A DNA stretch of 64,000 nucleotides from Thermoflexia bacterium (GCA_011192125.1 DUEL01000019.1:2374-66373); one strand, 5' to 3'; shown: positions 8,451 to 18,050, counted from the stretch's first letter. A program made the numbers and translations. Notes: a model not told the origin generated them from the letters alone.

Positions 8451-9503
8451 TCACGGTGTCGGCGTGGGAGTGGGCGTAGGCGTAGGCGTGGGCGTAGGCG
8501 TGGATGCGGGAGTGGGTGTGAAAGTAGGGGTGGGTGTGGACGTGGGCGACGCGGTGGGCGTCGGCGTGGGGGTGGGCGTGAACGTCGAGGTCGGCGTCGG
8601 CGAGGCGGTCGGCGAAAGAGTGACGGTCACGGAGGGCGTGGCGGTCGGCGTCGGCGTCCACGTCGGTGTGGCGGTGACCGTGGGCGTGAGGATCGGCGTC
8701 GGTGTGATCCCCACGGTCGGCGAGGGAGCAGGCGTCGACGTGTTCGTAGGCGAGGGGGTCGGGATCGGGGTCGGGGTGAGAGAGGGCGTGATCGACGGTG
8801 GCACGGTGGGCGTGGGGGTCAGCGGCGGCGGCAACGCGGGCAGGTAAAGGGGCTGCCCCAACCGGAGGAGATACCCCGTCATACAGTTGGCACGGCGGAT
8901 CGCTTCGATGGGGACCCCCAATCGATAGGAGAGGTTCCAGAGCGTGTCGCCCCGCTGGACGGTGTAGAGGACCCATCCAGAAGGCGGCCCGCAGGGAACC
9001 GGCGTGGGCGTGGCAAAGAAAGCGGACGGGAGATAGATCACCCGTCCGGGATAGATTACCTCCCCCTCCAGGCAGTTCCCTTCGGCGAGGGCAAGGACGG
9101 TCGTGCCCGCCCGCCAGGCGAGGCTATAGAGCGTGTCCCCGGGCTGAACCCAATACGGCTTCCATCCCGACGGCGGGGGGCAAGCGGGAAAGAGTATGGA
9201 AGCAACGGTCGGCGTGGGAGGCAACGGAGTGGGCGAAGGGGTAGGTTCAGGTGAGACCACGGCCACGGCGGGAGGGGTAGCGGACGGTGTTGGAACCGGC
9301 GTCGCCGTCGACGGGGGGGGCGGAGCCGTGGGGGTGAAGACGGCGACCGGCGTCCCACCCGAAGACGCCATCCGCCCCTCCATCCCCGCCAACCCCAGCA
9401 CGCCCACCAGCAGGCCGACCGACAGCAGAAGGACGAGCACCCCGGTCGCTATCTGTCGGGCTCCGGCGCTCAGGCTGCCCTCCCCCATCGAGAGACCGGT
9501 CAC
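8451..9503 (-). CDS. Membrane-anchored protein with two LysM domains and a long Pro/Thr-rich tail
   Basis: N-terminal TM helix. LysM-like WVQPGDTLYSLAWRAG...VIYLP and YTVQRGDTLWNLSYRLGVPIEAIRRAN...PLYLP. GTGA overlap with the upstream kinase stop; an alternative ATG lies at 9488. Confidence 0.85.
   Translation of the reverse strand: MTGLSMGEGSLSAGARQIATGVLVLLLSVGLLVGVLGLAGMEGRMASSGGTPVAVFTPTAPPPPSTATPVPTPSATPPAVAVVSPEPTPSPTPLPPTPTVASILFPACPPPSGWKPYWVQPGDTLYSLAWRAGTTVLALAEGNCLEGEVIYPGRVIYLPSAFFATPTPVPCGPPSGWVLYTVQRGDTLWNLSYRLGVPIEAIRRANCMTGYLLRLGQPLYLPALPPPLTPTPTVPPSITPSLTPTPIPTPSPTNTSTPAPSPTVGITPTPILTPTVTATPTWTPTPTATPSVTVTLSPTASPTPTSTFTPTPTPTPTASPTSTPTPTFTPTPASTPTPTPTPTPTPTPTP
8454..8837 (-). 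repeat. Low-complexity (ACN CCN)n region encoding the TPTPTP tail
   Basis: Residues ~223-350 of the LysM protein are almost pure P/T/S. The antisense GVGVGV ORF 8320-8847 is its shadow. Confidence 0.9.
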
Positions 9504-12175
9504 GCCCCCTCCCCCTCCTCCTCTCCGCGGTCGACCGGCAGGATGAAACTGAACGTGCTTCCGGCACCCATCTCGCTCTCCAGCCAGATTCGCCCGCCGA
9601 GCGCTTCAACCAGCGTCTTGGCGATCGCCATACCGACCCCCGTCTCCCCCAGACCAGCGATGAGGGGGCGGTCCGCCCGGTAGAACCGCTGAAACACCTT
9701 GGGTCGGTCCTCCGGGGCGATCCCTCCTCCCGTGTCGGTCACGGAGACCCGGACGTACGCGGGCAACCCCTCTTCCTCCGCCTCCTCCAGGTGCCCGGAC
9801 ACCACGATCTCCGTCCCCTCTTTCGAACACTGGCAGGCGTTGGAGAGCAGATGGAGCATGATCTGGTAGAGGGCATCCCGGTCCGCCCGCACCGGCGGCA
9901 ACGCGAGCGCCATATCCAGGCGGACGCTCAGGTCCCGCTCCCGGAAGCGGGCGGAGAGCCCCATAATGGCCTCCTCGATCACCGTAATGAGGTCCACCGG
10001 CTCCGGGCGCAGTTCGACCCGCCCGGACTCCATCGCGGTCACCTCGATGATGTCGTTCAGCAGGTCCCCCATCCGCTCGATGTTGGCCTTGACCCGCTGG
10101 AGGAACTTGCGCTGCATCTCGCCGAGAATCCCCACCGACTCCCCCAGCAGCAGGTCGGTATACCCGACGATGGAGGTCATCGGTGTGCGCAGTTCGTGGG
10201 CTAGAGAGGCGAGGATCTCGGCTCTGTTCTCCTCTTCCTCCGCTTTGCTTTGGAGAAGGACCGCGTAGCCCGACGGTCCTTCCGACCCCACCGCCAGCCG
10301 ACTCAACTCCGCCCGGATCAGATGTCCGTTCTGCTCCACGGTGATGCCGACCACCTCCTCTTCGGAATTGCCGGACATCAAGCCGTCGACAGCCTGAGCC
10401 CACAACGGGTCGGCGAAGAGAGCCCTCAGCGGCATACCACGCAACTCCTCCTGGGAGGTCCGCAATAACCGTTGGGCCCTCCCGTCGACCAGGATGATGT
10501 TCCCTCGGGCGTCGGCGACGAGGCTACCACTTGCCACGACCTCCTCCGACGCCTCCGCCTCCTTCGCCGCCTCCTGAAGGGCCTGCACTTGCTCTTCCAG
10601 CCGCTCCCGCTCCCGCTCCAACTCCGCGGCTCGCTGCTTCCATTGTTCCAATTCCTTCTCCAGGGCCTCCCGTGCCTCGGCCAGTTCCTTCAACTCTCCC
10701 TCATAGATGGCGATCTGAGCCGCCGCCTGGGCTGCCTCCCGCGCCTGTTCCTGTTCAGCCTGGAACAACTGAGCCAGCTCCTCCACCTGCTTTCGGTGGC
10801 GGGAGACCTCCTCTTCCATCTCAGCCACCCGACGGGCGAACGTCTGCGCTTCCTCGCGGGCCTGCTCCAGTTCCGACTGAAGCGAGGCGACGCTCTTGGC
10901 CCGCTCCGCCTCCTCTCGCTGCAGCGCGCCGCTCAGTTCCTCCGCTCGCTGCTCCGCCACCCGCCGAAGGTTGAGATGGGCAATCGCCACCGCCAGGGTC
11001 TGAGCGACCACCTGCGCCCGACGCTTCTCCCTCTCCGTCAACGGGCGCTTCCCGGCCGGGTTGGCCAGCACCAGCAGCCCCAACACATCCCCGTCGCTGA
11101 CCAGGGGGACCACCGCCAGAGGCCCAACCTGCTCAAAACCCAACCGCTCCAGCAGAGCGGCGGAATCCGGCTCCCGGTCTGGATCCGAGACCGTCTGCAC
11201 CTTCTTGGAACGGACCGCCCGAACCAGGACCGGGTGGTCGTCCAGCGGCACCATCATCGGCTCATCCGAGGCAGACGGGTACACGCCGATGAAACGAACC
11301 GCGGGGGCGGAGTCGACGGCGGGCACTCCCAGGGCCACGGCCTCCACACCGACGTAACGCGGGATCCGGGCAAGGGCGGCCACCAACCCCCGCTCCCCCT
11401 CCCTCGCCTCGCTCAGATGCCGCAGCAGGTCCAGCAAAGGCCGCTGATCCACGCCCTCCATCTGAACCGGACCCGGCACGCCAGCCATCGCGGTCACCTC
11501 CTGGAAGGCCACCGCGGCGACCAGAGAGACACCGACCAGATTGGCCAGCCGGACCGGGCCGGAGAGATGCGGAGTGATCGGTGAGGAGACCAACTGTACC
11601 GCGTAGGCCACCCCCCAGACGAGGAGGGCGGCAAACAGCAACGATCCACCGGGGCGCGACCAGATGACCAGCGCAACGACCGCCAGAGCGATGAGGGCCA
11701 ACGCCCAGCCGTCCCACACCCGCGCCTGCCAATACGTGTTGTACGCCACTCCCGTGGCCTCTACAGGGGGCCAGGTGACGCTGAAGAAGAGATAAACCAA
11801 CACCGTGGCGACCAGCCCCACAGCGAGGAAGCCGACCCCCAGGCGAGGATGCTGGCGGAACACCGGCAGAAACCCCCAGAGAAGGACGAAGAGGAAGATC
11901 AGATCAGCCGCCCGCTCCAGGGGGGGCAACACAACCGCCGGTCTGGGAACGACCGCTCCGGCGACCACACCGCCGAGCACCAGCGCCGCGCGGGCCAGCA
12001 GCATCCCCAGCGAGGCTCCCCAGAGCCGTCGGGCGGTCGGGTCCCCGCCGGACCGCCTCCAGTGAGCCCACGTGACCGCCAGGACAGCCTGGAGAACGAA
12101 GAGGAGAACAAGATGGTAGTAGAGATCACCAGGAGGGCGGAGGAGAAGCGATATAATCTCCCACACAAGAGGCAT
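9500..12175 (-). CDS. Sensor histidine kinase (multi-TM, GAF, long coiled coil, PAS, HisKA, HATPase)
   Basis: Start moved to ATG at 12175 (MPLVWEIISLLL, GGAAGGA SD upstream) because the track's 12712 start overlaps the upstream kinase in another frame. H-box LAHELRTPMTSIVGYTDLL; G-boxes DTGGGIAPED and GETGVGMAIAKTLV. Confidence 0.85.
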   Translation of the reverse strand: MPLVWEIISLLLRPPGDLYYHLVLLFVLQAVLAVTWAHWRRSGGDPTARRLWGASLGMLLARAALVLGGVVAGAVVPRPAVVLPPLERAADLIFLFVLLWGFLPVFRQHPRLGVGFLAVGLVATVLVYLFFSVTWPPVEATGVAYNTYWQARVWDGWALALIALAVVALVIWSRPGGSLLFAALLVWGVAYAVQLVSSPITPHLSGPVRLANLVGVSLVAAVAFQEVTAMAGVPGPVQMEGVDQRPLLDLLRHLSEAREGERGLVAALARIPRYVGVEAVALGVPAVDSAPAVRFIGVYPSASDEPMMVPLDDHPVLVRAVRSKKVQTVSDPDREPDSAALLERLGFEQVGPLAVVPLVSDGDVLGLLVLANPAGKRPLTEREKRRAQVVAQTLAVAIAHLNLRRVAEQRAEELSGALQREEAERAKSVASLQSELEQAREEAQTFARRVAEMEEEVSRHRKQVEELAQLFQAEQEQAREAAQAAAQIAIYEGELKELAEAREALEKELEQWKQRAAELERERERLEEQVQALQEAAKEAEASEEVVASGSLVADARGNIILVDGRAQRLLRTSQEELRGMPLRALFADPLWAQAVDGLMSGNSEEEVVGITVEQNGHLIRAELSRLAVGSEGPSGYAVLLQSKAEEEENRAEILASLAHELRTPMTSIVGYTDLLLGESVGILGEMQRKFLQRVKANIERMGDLLNDIIEVTAMESGRVELRPEPVDLITVIEEAIMGLSARFRERDLSVRLDMALALPPVRADRDALYQIMLHLLSNACQCSKEGTEIVVSGHLEEAEEEGLPAYVRVSVTDTGGGIAPEDRPKVFQRFYRADRPLIAGLGETGVGMAIAKTLVEALGGRIWLESEMGAGSTFSFILPVDRGEEEGEGA

Positions 12176-12243
12176 AGCCTGTCCTTCCTGACCTTGCGTT
12201 GTACTAAGATTATACCATAATATCCTGTAGAGCGACCAACGTC

Positions 12244-14628
12244 CTATCCCTGTACGCCTACCGCCTGGTCCAGATCGGGATAATCCACCCCTTCTTCCGA
12301 TGGGGAAGAGGACGGCCTGCGAATGGGGAGGAGCACCGTGAACGTGCTCCCCTCCCCAGGAGCGGAATCCACCCACACCCGTCCGCCGTGCGCTTCTGTC
12401 AGCGATCGGACGACAGCCAAACCCACCCCCAGCCCTCCCGCTTCCATCCGCAGGGGGTCTTTGGGCCGGTAGAACCGTTCCCAGATCAGGCTCTGCTCCT
12501 CGGGAGGGATCCCGATACCCGTGTCCTGGACCCATATGCGGCAGTAGCGAGCCGCCTCGTCTGATCCCTGCACCAACCCCGCCCCTACCGTGATCCGCCC
12601 GCCCGGGAACGTGTATTTCACTGCGTTGCTGACCAGGTTGGTGACGATCTGACGAATCCGTTCCGGGTCGGCCTCGATCAGCGGCAGATCGTCCTCGATC
12701 TCCAGGCTCCACTCCACCTGCCGGGATCGCATCTGGGGCACGAAGGCCTCCACCACCTCCCCCAGGATCAAGGCGAGGTCGGTCTCCTCATATTGCAGTT
12801 CCAGCCGACCACGCTCGGCCTCGGCCAGGGCGATCAGGTTATTGGCGATGGTGATCATCCGACGGGCGTTAGCGTGGATGGTCCGCACGAACCGCTGCTG
12901 AGCCGCCGTCAACCTGCCCGCCATCTGGCTGTAGAGCACCTCGGCGTAACCCAGAATGGCGGTCAACGGCGTCCGTAACTCGTGGGAGACGGTGGTGATG
13001 AACTCCCGCTTGGCCCGCTCCGCCTGAACCTCCTTGGTGATGTCCCGAAGGACAGCGACGAGGCCCATCATCTTCCCATCGTAGGGGGAACGAATGACCG
13101 CGGCGTGAACCTGGACCTGTTTCTGCTCGAGTTCGAAGAGTGTCTGAAGGGGCTCGATGGACTGGCGGAACCGGCCCCAGGCGATCTCTTGCCCCGTGGC
13201 CGAGGTCAATAACTGGGCAAGCGGGCGACCAAGGACACGCTCCCGGCTGACGCCCAGGATCCGCTCGGCAGCGGCGTTGACCCGCACCGCCCGCCCCTCC
13301 TCGTCGGCCACGATGATCCCCTCGGCGATGCTCTCCAAAACGGCCTCCAGCCAGCGTCCTTCCCGCTCCCGGGCCTCCAGCGCCCTCTTGAGTTCCTGGG
13401 CCTGCTCCTCGAGTTGCCGATACAGGCGGACGTTCTCTACGGCGGCAGCGATCTGCGCCCCGATCGCATCACACAACCGGGCTTCCTTCATACCGAAGGG
13501 CCGCTTGCTCCGATCGTTGCCCACCAGGAGCAAGCCCATCACGCGCTGCTCCCGCATCAAGGGCTGCAGGATCAACGGCCCCTCATCGCTCGCTCCGAGC
13601 ACCTCGTACAACGGTCGGATCCTGGAGGGATGGGCCCACGAGTTGACCATCAGTTGCTTCTTCCGCCGCATCACGTGCTGGAGCAAGGTATGCTGGGAAA
13701 GAGAGACCAGCCGTGGCTGGACTTCTCCTCGCCGCTGGAGCGGCACGTACTGAGCCACAAGCCGAAGATGTCCGACATCCTCGCCCCGCAGGAGGATCGC
13801 CACCCGATCCGCGTCCAGCGCATGGGCGACGTTTTCCGCCACCCGGGAGAGCGTCCCCTCCAGATCGAACGGCCGCTCCAATGCCTTGCCGACATCCAGC
13901 AGAAAGAGCAACTCCTGGGTCTGCCGAAGCGCGCCCTCGCTCAACGCCTCCAATTCGGTCCGGTAGGCCCACAGATCCTGCAGCGCAGCCCTGTAGACCG
14001 AGACGGCCAGCAACGGATAGCCGATCAGGTTGACCACCCGACCCAGACCAACCAGGTCGAAAAGGACGAGGCTGTTCCCCACCGCGATGAAAGCGAACGC
14101 GACGGCGGGCAAGAAATATCCCAGTCGACGGCGGTTGACCCAGTACAGGACCGCCGCCGCCAGGGCCAAGCCCACTCCCCACAGATCCCACAGAGGCTGC
14201 TGCCAGAAAGCAAGGTAGGAGAAAGCGGGCGTCGCGCTCAGCGTTCGAGACCACGAAGGAAGGAAGAAGAGCGTCGCTCCTACAACGGCGATCAGACTGC
14301 CGACGAGGAACAGCCGCGCCCCCCGTCGTCCGAGGAAGGGGGCCAGAAACGCCCAGACCATCAAGGTCAGGCTAACCACCTCCAGCGCGTACAACAACGG
14401 CGCCAGCAGCGCGTCCCCCAGCCAGCCGCCGATCAGAAGAGGGACCCGCAACAACACCAGGACAGCAAACGACCAGAGAAGCCGACGCTGATCGGGATTG
14501 CCGGTATGGCGATACTCCGTGAAAGCAATCCCGACGGCCGCCTCCAGAGTCAGAAGAATCAGGAAGTGGTAGACCGAGGAACCTGGTCCGGTAGACAGAA
14601 GATCGAGGATCTCCTGGATCTCCCCCAC
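12244..14628 (-). CDS. Sensor histidine kinase (multi-TM, GAF, PAS, HisKA, HATPase)
   Basis: 794 aa. H-box SHELRTPLTAILGYAEVL, NLVSNAVKYT, DTGIGIPPEE, GGLGVGLAVV. The N-terminal membrane sensor is paralogous to that of 9500-12175. Confidence 0.9.
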   Translation of the reverse strand: MGEIQEILDLLSTGPGSSVYHFLILLTLEAAVGIAFTEYRHTGNPDQRRLLWSFAVLVLLRVPLLIGGWLGDALLAPLLYALEVVSLTLMVWAFLAPFLGRRGARLFLVGSLIAVVGATLFFLPSWSRTLSATPAFSYLAFWQQPLWDLWGVGLALAAAVLYWVNRRRLGYFLPAVAFAFIAVGNSLVLFDLVGLGRVVNLIGYPLLAVSVYRAALQDLWAYRTELEALSEGALRQTQELLFLLDVGKALERPFDLEGTLSRVAENVAHALDADRVAILLRGEDVGHLRLVAQYVPLQRRGEVQPRLVSLSQHTLLQHVMRRKKQLMVNSWAHPSRIRPLYEVLGASDEGPLILQPLMREQRVMGLLLVGNDRSKRPFGMKEARLCDAIGAQIAAAVENVRLYRQLEEQAQELKRALEAREREGRWLEAVLESIAEGIIVADEEGRAVRVNAAAERILGVSRERVLGRPLAQLLTSATGQEIAWGRFRQSIEPLQTLFELEQKQVQVHAAVIRSPYDGKMMGLVAVLRDITKEVQAERAKREFITTVSHELRTPLTAILGYAEVLYSQMAGRLTAAQQRFVRTIHANARRMITIANNLIALAEAERGRLELQYEETDLALILGEVVEAFVPQMRSRQVEWSLEIEDDLPLIEADPERIRQIVTNLVSNAVKYTFPGGRITVGAGLVQGSDEAARYCRIWVQDTGIGIPPEEQSLIWERFYRPKDPLRMEAGGLGVGLAVVRSLTEAHGGRVWVDSAPGEGSTFTVLLPIRRPSSSPSEEGVDYPDLDQAVGVQG

Positions 14629-14631
14629 GTC

Positions 14632-15930
14632 CTATTCCTCTCCATCCACAGCCGCTTCACCTTCCAGAGGCCTCAGCGGCAACTGGACGATAAACCGACT
14701 CCCCGGACAGGCCTCCTCATCGTACCCTGGGCTTTCCGCCCAGATCCGTCCCCCGTGAGCCAGGACGACTCCGCGCGCGATCGCCAGCCCCAACCCCGGC
14801 CCTCCTCCCTTAAACGCCGTCGTCCCGGAGGAATGCAGGCTGGCCTCTCCGACGCGATAGAATTTCTCGAAGATCAGATCCAGATCCTCCGGCGCGATGC
14901 CGATGCCGGTGTCCTCTACCACGATCTGCACACACCGGCCCAGATCCGGCACCTCTACCTCCTCTCCTGTGACGGTGATCCGCCCCCCGTCCGGCGTGTA
15001 CTTGATCGCGTTGTTCACCAGATGGCGGAAGGCCTTGTAGATCAGGACGGGATCGGCCTGGCAGAAGGGCAGGTCGTGCAACCCTTTCACCTCGAAGGTC
15101 AGATTCCTCTCCTCCAACGCTTCCTGGAACTCGTCACGGATCCCCTGGAACACGACGGGGAAACTCACCGGACTGGGATGGATCTTCACATCCCCTTCGA
15201 TCACCCGTGAGAGGTCGAGAATACTGTTGAAGATCCGATGGAGACGGTCCGTGCTATCCACGATACCCTGGACCAGCGCCCGCAACTGCTCGTCCTTCTG
15301 GACCAGGGGATGGTCCTGCATCATCTGAGCATACCCCAGCAGAGCCGCGACCGGCGTCCGGAGTTCGTGGGCGGAGACCTGGATGAAATCGGTCTTGGTT
15401 CGATCGAGCCGCTCCAACCGCTCCAAGGCCAGCCGCAACTGCTCGTTGGCCTCTCGCAACTCGGCCAACGCTCGCCGATCAGCCTCAACGAGCCGACGGC
15501 CGAGCTGGACCAAGATGCGGACGGCCAGCGATGGGCTTGCGCCCAACACGCGCAGGAAGGGCTCACGCCCGATCTCCAGGACGGTGGTGGGTTCCAGGGT
15601 ACGCACGGTGGCGTTTCGCGTTCCCTCTTGCACCAGGGCCAATTCCCCGAAGAACTCCCCAGGACCCAGGCTGTTCAACCAGCGCTCCTCCGTATCGTCG
15701 ACCTGCTTGTAAACCCCCACCTGGCCTTCGACGATGACGTAGAACGCATCCCCCGGCTCCCCTTCCCGGCAGATCACTTCGCCCGCCGGAAACGCCCTTA
15801 CCCGAGCCGCCTGGGCGAGGCGGGCCAGTTCCTCTTCATCGAGGCCGAAAAAGAGGGAGCGGAGGAAATCTTCCACGGCCGGCAAGCCCTGATCCGAGAG
15901 TCGGTCCATAGCAAGGTTGGTATAGCACAT
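14632..15930 (-). CDS. Cyclic-nucleotide-binding-domain histidine kinase
   Basis: cNMP-binding fold FPAGEVICREGEPGDAFYVIVEGQVGVY...GEFFGELALV...RNATVRT, then SAHELRTPVAALLGYAQMM, NNAIKYTPDGG, DTGIGIAPED. Start is 15930 or 15909. Confidence 0.85.
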   Translation of the reverse strand: MCYTNLAMDRLSDQGLPAVEDFLRSLFFGLDEEELARLAQAARVRAFPAGEVICREGEPGDAFYVIVEGQVGVYKQVDDTEERWLNSLGPGEFFGELALVQEGTRNATVRTLEPTTVLEIGREPFLRVLGASPSLAVRILVQLGRRLVEADRRALAELREANEQLRLALERLERLDRTKTDFIQVSAHELRTPVAALLGYAQMMQDHPLVQKDEQLRALVQGIVDSTDRLHRIFNSILDLSRVIEGDVKIHPSPVSFPVVFQGIRDEFQEALEERNLTFEVKGLHDLPFCQADPVLIYKAFRHLVNNAIKYTPDGGRITVTGEEVEVPDLGRCVQIVVEDTGIGIAPEDLDLIFEKFYRVGEASLHSSGTTAFKGGGPGLGLAIARGVVLAHGGRIWAESPGYDEEACPGSRFIVQLPLRPLEGEAAVDGEE

Positions 15931-16068
15931 TTCTTTGATTAATGCAATTGCGCACCGAATCTGTAACAGTCTTGGAGGTAACGGCTTCGACGGCCGGAAG
16001 CCGCGGCTACGAGCGGCGAAGCCACCCCTCGGAGGCTCTTATCCCTTTGGGGGGAACGGGGAATCAAG

Positions 16069-16096
16069 TTGCATGACGAGAGACTAGGAATATAAT
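16069..16096 (+). promoter_or_regulatory. Candidate sigma70-type promoter (TTGCAT-16 nt-TATAAT)
   Basis: Read directly in an AT-rich divergent intergenic region. Implies a ~170-nt leader for the gene starting at 16276. Confidence 0.5.
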
Positions 16097-16275
16097 ATTT
16101 AACTATTTTTCAATCGTCCTACCACAAATCGGTCGAACTCGGGAAACCGCTCACCTGCGCCCCCAACGACACTCCACCAACCTGTAACTATTACCGCCAC
16201 CTCCCCGTTCCAGAAACTGAGGAGCGAACAGCAGCCGTGAGCTCACATCACATCTGATCTAATAAGGAGGAAACG

Positions 16276-18003
16276 ATGTTCAGGAGAAAGACCTTTCGAG
16301 AGATCGTGGCTGCCATCGTCCTTCTGGCGCTGGCAGCCATGGCGTGCGGGCCGATAGGGGGCGGCGAAGGAGGGCCCAGCATCACGATCACTGCCCCACC
16401 CAGTGGGACCGTCGTCCAGATCGGCGAGGAGGTTCAGATCGTCTCCACCGCCGCCGCCGACAAGGGGATCGCCCGCGTCGAACTCCTGGTTAACGGGCAG
16501 GTGGTGCGCACCGACACTCCGCCGGAGGGCAACCCCACCACCTTCAGCATCTCCCAGCCCTGGACCCCCATCGTCGAAGGAGAGGTCACGATCTCCGTAG
16601 TCGCCTACGACACGGAAGGAGAAGCCTCCGAGCCAGCGACGATCACCCTGCGCGTAGAGGCTGCCGCAGCGTTGATCACCCCTACACCGGTTGAGGACGT
16701 CACTGGTCCAGGTGGATGCACCCTCAACGCTTCCTTCGTCGCCGACGTGACGGTGCCGGACAACACGGAGTTCGCCCCCGGCGAGTCCTTCGTCAAGACC
16801 TGGCGAATCCGCAACAGCGGCACCTGCGACTGGGGGCCGGGCTTCAAGTTGGTCTTTATCGGCGGGGACGCGATGGACGGACCGGCGTCGGTCGATGTGC
16901 CGCCGACGGCCGCCGGAAGCACCGTGGACGTCAGCGTGAACCTGACCGCGCCCAACACTCCGGGCACCTACCGGGGCGACTGGCGGATGCAGTCGGACCA
17001 GGGACTCCTGTTCGGCACCAAGGTGTTCGTCCAGATCGTCGTGCCGGAACCGACGGAGGAACCCACCGAGGAGCCTACGGAGGAAGCCACCCCCACACCA
17101 CCGACCAACCTCCAGGCGAACGTCCAACCCGACGGCACTGTCCAGTTCACCTGGGAGGACGCGACAGGGGAGGCGGAGTACCAGTACGAGTTCGCCTTCA
17201 CCCCCGGCAGCGGATCGCCGGTCGCCAGTTCCTCCTCCCTGCCCGCGGACACCACCTCCTGGAGTCCGGGTGTGCTGGGTTGCGGCGGGAACGGGAGTTT
17301 CACCATCATCGCCCTGGCGGGGGACGGTTCGGAGATCGGGCGGCTCACGGTCAACTTCAACACGCCGGCCTGCCCGCCGACGGAGCAGACCTGGAGCCAT
17401 CCGATCCGTATCCTCAACTCCCGACGGATCTACTACCTTCGCCTGACCGGGCCAGGGGAGATCCGCGTCCGGGCCGAGTGGACCGATCCGGGAATCAGCC
17501 TGGCCCTGATCATCAACGGGCCGGGACAGGTGGGATACTACGCCCGAAGCGATGGCACCAGCCCCCTGGAGGTCGCCTACACCGTCACACCTGCGGACTT
17601 CGCGGCAGGCGACACCTGGCGGATCAGCATCGCCAACTTCGACGGCACCCGGGTGGAAGGAACCGTTGAGATCACCTACCCGAGCGGGTCGAGCACGACC
17701 CCATTCGTCGGCTCCTTCGTCGCCCAGGACGGTTACGGCTCTGCTACCAACCTCGTCGTCCTCAACGGACCCGGCGAGATCGCCGCTGAAGCGACCTGGA
17801 GCGGGTTACCGGCGACCCTCGCGCTGATCATCAACGGGCCGGGACAGGTAGGGTACTACGCCCGCAACGACGGCACCAGCCCCCTCTCGGTGAACTACAC
17901 GGTGACGGACGCGGATTTCGCCCACGGGGACACCTGGCGCGTCTCCTTCACGGCCTTCAGCACACCCGACGTTGAGGGGAACATCACACTCACCTACCCG
18001 TGA
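16276..18003 (+). CDS. Secreted lipoprotein: Ig-like + Nbr1_FW-like domain + PT linker + FN3-like + two PPC-like C-terminal modules
   Basis: SD TAAGGAGG. Signal/lipobox LLALAAMAC. Nbr1_FW-like FVADVTVPDNTEFAPGESFVKTWRIRNSGTCDWGPGFKLVFIGGDAMDG. Linker PEPTEEPTEEPTEE. Confidence 0.85.
   Translation: MFRRKTFREIVAAIVLLALAAMACGPIGGGEGGPSITITAPPSGTVVQIGEEVQIVSTAAADKGIARVELLVNGQVVRTDTPPEGNPTTFSISQPWTPIVEGEVTISVVAYDTEGEASEPATITLRVEAAAALITPTPVEDVTGPGGCTLNASFVADVTVPDNTEFAPGESFVKTWRIRNSGTCDWGPGFKLVFIGGDAMDGPASVDVPPTAAGSTVDVSVNLTAPNTPGTYRGDWRMQSDQGLLFGTKVFVQIVVPEPTEEPTEEPTEEATPTPPTNLQANVQPDGTVQFTWEDATGEAEYQYEFAFTPGSGSPVASSSSLPADTTSWSPGVLGCGGNGSFTIIALAGDGSEIGRLTVNFNTPACPPTEQTWSHPIRILNSRRIYYLRLTGPGEIRVRAEWTDPGISLALIINGPGQVGYYARSDGTSPLEVAYTVTPADFAAGDTWRISIANFDGTRVEGTVEITYPSGSSTTPFVGSFVAQDGYGSATNLVVLNGPGEIAAEATWSGLPATLALIINGPGQVGYYARNDGTSPLSVNYTVTDADFAHGDTWRVSFTAFSTPDVEGNITLTYP
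17430..18000 (+). repeat. Tandem duplicated ~106-aa module inside the 16276-18003 gene
   Basis: Near-identical ~63-bp DNA blocks at 17506-17568 and 17824-17886, 318 bp apart, encoding LALIINGPGQVGYYAR(S/N)DGTSPL. Confidence 0.85.
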
Positions 18004-18020
18004 GGTCGGCGGGGAACCGA

Positions 18021-18050
18021 CGTAGAGGCGGGGCGCGTCCCGCCTCTACG
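18021..18050. terminator. GC-rich hairpin between convergent genes (candidate bidirectional terminator)
   Basis: CGTAGAGGCGGG-loop-CCCGCCTCTACG, a 12-13 bp stem. Overlaps the sfsA stop codon. No clear T-run. Confidence 0.5.

Noticed and set aside
8320-8847. GVGVGV-rich 175-aa plus-strand ORF, and the His/Asp-rich 8377-8976 minus ORF.
   Set aside because: These are alternative-frame or antisense readings of the (ACN CCN)n tract that encodes the Pro/Thr tail of the LysM protein.
12176-12712. N-terminal 179-aa extension of the 9500-12712 ORF.
   Set aside because: It overlaps the 3' end of the upstream kinase gene in another frame and is compositionally junk. An internal ATG at 12175 has an SD and opens a membrane sensor paralogous to the neighbouring kinase.
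15975-16040. A c-di-GMP or other known riboswitch in the 15931-16275 intergenic region.
   Set aside because: There is no convincing match to the conserved GEMM-type or other riboswitch cores that I can recall. Only generic alternative hairpins are visible.
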